Below are positions 53,801-61,191 of a DNA stretch of 64,000 nt, one piece after another. Numbering within the stretch: the first letter of the stretch is position 1; each line of letters begins with the position of its first letter. The position numbers were made by a program, and so were the translations under genes. The notes under the pieces were generated by a model. That model did no database searches and was not told where the DNA came from. It was given only the letters and a program-made list of their open reading frames with translations. Source of the DNA: Octopus sinensis. Its lineage: Eukaryota. The stretch lies in NCBI RefSeq assembly GCF_006345805.1, contig NW_021833034.1, forward strand, positions 1 to 64,000. The letters run 5' to 3'.

Positions 53801-56800
53801 GCTGTGCTTGAGAAGACTCAGCAAGCCAAGTGAGACTGTAACCATGACATATGCCAGTGTAGCTTAACCAGCCCGTTTAAGAGTACCCTTCAATCATTGG
53901 CCAATAAACTGCACTTGCAAAGACCTGTTGAGACAAGTGAAGTCATTGTCACGGCCAATAACAGTACTTCCTGATTGGCTCCTCTGCCAGTGGTACATTA
54001 AAAGCACCGTTCAAGCGTGATCTTTGCCAGTGCCACCTGACTGGTTCCTCTGCCAGTGGCATGTAAAAAGCATCATTTGAGCATGGTCGATGCCAGTGCC
54101 AGCTGACTGGTCCTGTCCTGATGGCATGTAAAAAAAACCAGTCGAGTGTGATCATTGCCAGTACCACCTGACTGGCCCTTGTGCTGGTGGCATTTGAAAA
54201 GCACCCACTACACTCTCAGAGTGTTTGGCGTTAGGAAGGGCATCCAGCTCTAGTAAGTTTGCCAGATTGGAATGAAGCCTGGTGCAGCCTTCTGGCTTGC
54301 CAGCCCTCAATCAAACCGTCCAACCCATGCCAGTTTGGAAAGCGGATGTTAAATGATGATGATGTTGAACATAAAACAACAAACAACAAATACATCAACC
54401 AACCTTTGCTATTTCTGTGTCTTGAGGATAAACCACAAAGTTTACAACTTTGATCTGGCTTGAATTTAGATCTGAGTAGTTTTTCACTGCTTCATACATT
54501 GTTCTGGGTAGGTTTTCAATGGGGTACTTCAATGTTCCAGCCCCTAATATAGGAAATGCAAGGCTTTTTGCTCCCAATCCCTCAGCCTTTTCCAGACAAG
54601 TGGTTATTATTTGAGTCAAGTTTGCCAGAATCTATAAAAATAAGTGTTTAGCAATTGATAATGAACATTTTATTAAATATTTTCTTATAACAGAAGAAAC
54701 CATTTAGTTGTAATAAATATATTCTCCTCTCACAATTCCTCTCACTCCTACCACTTCTAAACACAACTGTCATTCCTATCACTCTTTAGTCCTGCAAGGG
54801 ACAAGGCAACCTCACTCATGTTGCTGCTACAATAAAACAGACCCAATCCACCGTATAAAATGATTGGTGAATGAAGAGAGACAATGCAGACTCAAGAGGA
54901 GTCTTTAGTGTTGTTGAGGACATGACAACCTCTCTAGTGCTCGTGCCATGACAGAGAAAAACTCACCAATACAGACAGTAAAACAGAGAAATATGTTTTA
55001 ATATAGTCTTATTTATCAGTCACATAACTGCTGTTAGGCCATGAGGCTTTTTCCCTTCTATTTATATATAAAAGTGTCCTGTTCATCGATATCTTCTGCT
55101 TCCTTCCAATGATAACTTGGAAGAACAAATATTAAACAGGATGCTGACATTTGCTTTATGATTCTCACACAACATGCATAAGGTTCTCTTCAAACATTAA
55201 CTGTTTCAATAAATCAATATCATATTATTGATACTTACTGAATCAGGGGAATTTTCATCCCAGGGAGGTAATACCAGATGAAATACATTCTTACAGTTGA
55301 GGTTATATCCTTTAGTGACGGCTATTTTAGATGTAGAAATACCTTGAGGATATCTCTGGTTACATTCGTTTTGTATCTCAGGACCAGCAGCAAGGAGAAT
55401 AAATTTGGAGATAGAACCATTGTTAAGCTCAAGGTTTTTATTGGTGCTGTTAACGATGACATCAAGCTGAAAAAGTAATTAATGGTAAACAACTAAGGAA
55501 CATTCCATGGAGAGAAGAGAGATACATTGTTGCAGTTGATATTGTTGTTAAGAAAGGCTCTACAGAATGGCTGTAGTAAGTTTGAGGTTGTTAAAGTTAG
55601 CAAAAGATATACTCAAGATATCAGATGTGAAGGAAATAGAATGTTTGAGTTTGAGAAAATGTTTTAATTAACTTTAATGATTCCTCATTTGGAAATGAAA
55701 TAACAATTAAATATAAATAAGTTACATGAATCTATTTACTCACAGATACATTAGAAATTGAATCAATCATTAGGTTTATTTCAATGCCATCATATTCTTT
55801 GGATGTCTCATTAGTTCTGGGTGTCATAGAGGATGGTTCCTGTTGTGAGCCAGGAAGGGATGCATTTGACGATGCAGTGTCTGGAAATAAACAAAATTCT
55901 TTATTTGCTTTGTTTTGTTTCTAATTTTTAATCAAACATTCTTCTCTGTATTTAAAGAACTACTTTATTCCATATCGGTTGGAAATTTTGGCACAGGGCC
56001 ATCAATTTCAAGAGGCACCAAAAGTTGATTTTTTTGACTCCAGTTTTCAACTGGTTCTCATTTTATAGACCCTGAAACGATGCAACTCAGACTGATGAAA
56101 TGCAGCTAAACATTTCACCCAATTTGCTGATGATCGTACCTTACAATAATAATAATAATGATAATAATAATAATAAAAATTTAGAATGGAATTTGGATTC
56201 AAGAGTATGATGTAATCTACCTAAAAAGATGCAAGGCACACTCCCTGACAGAAACAGAATTACTGAATATAGACTCGTTTGAGCAAATTGAAATGGAAGA
56301 ACACAAATATCTTTGTGTACTAGAGTTCAATGAGATAATGGAAAAGGAAATGAAAGAGCAACTGAGGATGGAGTATTTCTGAAGACTGAGGTTGGTGCTG
56401 CACTCAAAATGACTGGATGGAATAAAGTCCTGGCAGTTAATACGTTGGTGATAGCATTACTTCGGTATGGAGTGGGAATTATAAAATGGAAAAAAAAAGA
56501 GAGAGAAGTGAAGAAAAAGATACCAAGACCAGAAAAATGTTGACAGTACACAGAACCTTCCACCCTAAGAGTGACGCCAATAGGTTGTACTTGTCCAGAA
56601 GAAAGAGTTGGGGAGGTTTGATCAGTTGCCTGGATGATATCAAAGGAGAGAGAAACAGCTTAGGGTGATATATAAAAAATTCTGTGGAGCCAGTGTTGAA
56701 GGCTGGCATCATCAAAACTGAGAATTGAGTAACTAAAGAAAAATTTAAACAAGAAATGAACAAATAAAAAGGCAAAAAAACATGGAAGGAAAAAAATGTG

Positions 56801-58749
56801 TGGTGAGTTTGCAAGAGATGTGAATGCCAAGACAAATGCAAAAGACCAGTATCTGTGGATGAGGTGGAATGACCTGAAGATAGAGATAAAAGCACTCATA
56901 TGTGCAGCTCAGGAACAAGCATTAAGGACCAATTATATGAAATGCAGAATTGACAACACTACCTATAGCGACAAATGCAGAATGTGTGGTGAGAGGGGGG
57001 TGAAACAGTATGGCACATCATTAGTGAATGCCCGAAATTGGCACAACATGAATACAAATGCCATCATGATAATGTAGAATGAATGATCCATTGGAAGCTC
57101 TGTGGAAATCATGGCCGACAAAGAGCAGAGACATGATATGAGCAAACCCCAGAAGAAGTCACCAAAAATGAAAACTGTATGTAATGATCCAGTGCAATCA
57201 CCTAACCAGACATAGGAAACCAGACATTGTTGTGGTGAATAAAAAAGAAAGAACATGTGTGAGTATCAACATAGCATGCCCCGGTGACAAGCGGATCAAT
57301 GGGAAAGAAGAGAAAATAGGCAACTATGATGATTTAAAGGAATATAAAGGCTGTGCTTAGTGAGGAGAGTAGATGTAAGACCAATAGTAATTGGTGCACT
57401 TGGAATTATCAGCACTCATCTACTAACATGGCTGAAAAAGATCGGTACAAGTGTGAAGGAAGAACACCTACAAAAATCAACATTGCTTGGATGTGCAAGA
57501 ATTCTTTGTAGGGTTCTTGAAGCATGACCAGTAAACAAGTGTCACCTTAGTCTGCTGGCTGTGGACAGCTGACATTTTCCATCATACCCAGCAAAATAAA
57601 CTGGGTTTTCATATAATAATAATGATAATAATAATAATAATAACAATAACAATAATAATAATAATAACAATAACAATAATAATAATAATAACAATAATAA
57701 TAATAATAATAATAACAATAACAACAATAATAATAATAATAATACTCAATACCACAGATTTGCTATTCTGCTCAATACCACAGATTTGCTTTGTTTTGTC
57801 TTGGTATAAAAGATGGCTACAGCAAATATTCTGCTCAATACCACAGATTTGCTAAATGCCCTGATGCAGTACCAGGCAGCTGCTCTCATAGCTTCTGATC
57901 TTAACTGATTGGAAGTGTTATCATGTACATTGTTTTGTCTTGGTATAAAAGATGGGCTACAGCAAATATTCTGCTCAATACCACAGATTTGCTAAATGCC
58001 CTGATGCAGTACCAGGCAGCTGCTCTCATAGCTTCTGATCTTAACTGATTGGAAGTGTTATCATGTACATTGTTTAGTCTTGGTATAAAAGATGGGCTAC
58101 AGCAAATATTCTGCTCAATACTGCAGATTTGCTTGTCAGTTGTTTGACCATAACCAGTTGAGCATGTCCCTTAGTGGCTGACGATATGTGCATCTCTGAT
58201 CACGAGCAGAAGTAGTGGGGGAGCATCATGGACATGTGTTCAGAGGGATTCTTTGGGGTTTGAATAATTCACCTCTGGAAACATGGGTGGTTCTTTCAAC
58301 ATCCTTAAACAACCCTTATTCAGGGACCTTTTGAGCGGGATGGGCTGCTCAACTTGAAGGAAATTCTAACTGGGCCCCACCTACAAGGTCATGTGATGTT
58401 TATCTTGATATGAGATCACCATGTTGCGCACATATGGTTGTGATGCATGTGCCTGGTGTACCCTTATCAGACGGATAGTCATGTTGGGTATATTGGGCTT
58501 CGTATATTTTACCCCAGTGTCACTTTGATGGCATGCACTGCTCTCTCACACAATAATAATAACAATAACAATAATAATAATAATAATAATAACAATAACA
58601 ATAATAATAACAAAAACAATAATAATAATAATAATAATAACAATAACAATAACAATAAAATAATAATAATAACAATAATAATAATAATAATAATAAAACA
58701 ATAATAATAATAATAATAATAATAACAATAATAATAATAAAACAATAAC

Positions 58750-58784
<35 letters not shown>

Positions 58785-61140
58785 TAATAATAATAATAAC
58801 AATACAATAATAATAATAATAATAATAACAATAACAACAATAATAATAATAATAATAATATAATAACAATAATAATATAATAATAATAATAACAATAATA
58901 ATAATAATAATAATAATAACAATAATAATAATAATAACATAACAATAATAATAATAATAATAAATAATAATAATAACAATAATAATAATAATAATATAAT
59001 AATAACAAAGCATTTACTGCAGTAATATTGCAAAGATTGAACAAGCACCTGGACAAAAACAACCTGTTCCCAGAAGAGCAGAAAGGATGCCGCAAGGGCT
59101 CATATGGCTGTAAAGATCAACTAATGATCAATAAAGCCATAACTGAAGACAAACACAGAAAGAAGAAAGGCCTCAGTATGGCCTGGATCGACTACAAAAA
59201 GGCGTTAGATAGCATTCTCCACACATGCATCCTCGAAACACTAGCCATTAACAAAGTTGCACCAACAATTATAAAACACATAGGACACACTGTGAATAAA
59301 TGGCAAACAGTGCTACAGCTCCAAACAAAAGAGGGACTCGTGAAAACCAAAGCCATCCCCATTAGAAGAGGTATATTCCAGGGAGACACTCTCTCTCTCC
59401 ACTCCTTTTCAACTTGGCACTGACACCTCTATCTGATATGCTACATAGAACTGGATGCGGATATAAATGTTACAGCAAAACAATCAGCCACCTTTTATAT
59501 GTGGATGACCTAAAACTATACACTACAAATGACAAACAGCTGGAAACACTACTAAAGACAGTTCATGGATTCACCAAAGAAAGAGATATGAAATTTTGAT
59601 TAGAGAAATGCACCAAAGTAACCCTGAAAAGAGGAAAACTAGGTAAGAGTAGCAACATCACACTAGATAAATCAAATGAAATAAAAGAATTAGACCAAAG
59701 CCAAACTTACAAATACTTAGGAATCAATGAGCTAGATACGATACAACATACACAATGAAAGAGAAAATAAAAAAGAATATCATAGACGAGTTAGATCAAT
59801 ACTGAAAACAGAGCTCAATGCTAAAAACAAGATAACAGGTATTAACACTTTAGCCATCCTAGTTATAAGTTACAGCTACAATATCGTTAACTGGACACTA
59901 AATGAACTGACCAAAATAGATAGGAAAACAAGAAAAATAATGACGGGAACTAGGATGCATCACCCAAAATCTGACATAGAAAGGCTATATATACAATGTA
60001 TAGGAGGTGGTAGAGGCTTATACAGCTGGAAAACTATTATAAAATAGCCACCATAGGACTGCAAAAATACCTACTTCAGAAGCAAGGAAAACTGATACAA
60101 ATAGCGGAAAAAACACGAGCAAAACAAAAAACTGTTCTCAGTATTTAAGGAAGCTGACAAATACAAACAAGAAATCATACCATCTAACAAATATGAAGAA
60201 GAAGAAGAAACAACAAAAGCTATAAAGCAAATGAAATCAAAACTAAAACTAGAACAGCAACGGACCATGATAAAACGATGGCAAGAAAAGCCTCTTCATG
60301 GCAAATACTGGACTAAACTAAATGCAAAAGAAATAGACAAAGAAAAATCCCAACAATGGTTGAGAAGCTCAGGAATCAAAGCAGAGACAGAGGGATTTTT
60401 AATTGCAGCACAAGACCAAAGCCTCCCCACCAGAAATTACCAAAAACATGTAATGAAAAGAAATATAACAAGTAACTGCAGAATATGTGGAGACGGACAA
60501 GAAACAATAAATCATATTATCTCTGGCTGCCCAGTCCTGGCTGAGAAGGAATATATTCACAGACATGACAGAGTTGGAACCTACATACACTGGAAGCTAT
60601 GCCAACATTATGGAATAACAACAGAAAAAAGATGGTATAGGCACCTGTCAGAAAAGGTCACAGAAAACGAGAAAGCAACCATACTCTGGGATTTGCCAAT
60701 ACACACAGATAGAGAAATTAAGGCCAACAGACCAGATATAGTTGTCAGAGATCATGAAGAAAAAAAATGTTTTCTAATTGATGTATCAATACCAGCAGAT
60801 GACAACGTGTCTCTAAAAGAAATGGAGAAACTTTCAAAATACAAAGATCTGGAAATAGAGGTAACCAGAATGTGGAATCTAAAAGCAGAAACAATTCCTA
60901 TCATAGTAGGTGCATTAGGCATGATAAAAAAATATTCAGACAAATACATAACAAAAACACTAGGACTTACAAACACATATAACATACAGAAAATTGCACT
61001 ACTAGGCACTGCACACATCCTATGCAAAACACTTTCAATACAATAACCATCAGAGTATCACAACAATTCACAGCACATACCCAAGGCACACAGAGCTGCG
61101 CTCGGTAGTGAAGTGAAAGCACGATATAAAAAATATACTA

Positions 61141-61191
<51 letters not shown>

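Noticed and set aside
53985-54215. Regularly spaced repeats resembling a CRISPR array
   Set aside because: The spacers are similar to one another, the module is part of the RTE 3' UTR found many times in the window, there are no cas genes, and the context is eukaryotic.
50270-54365. Twin-priming 5' inversion of a single LINE
   Set aside because: Both arms carry complete 3' tails and overlap in homologous sequence, so they are two insertions.
57542-59095. Long poly-L/Y/N/I ORFs
   Set aside because: These are translations of (AAT)n microsatellites, not genes. The same applies to the ORFs at 12181-12442 and to the microsatellite-rich ORFs at 62381-63739.
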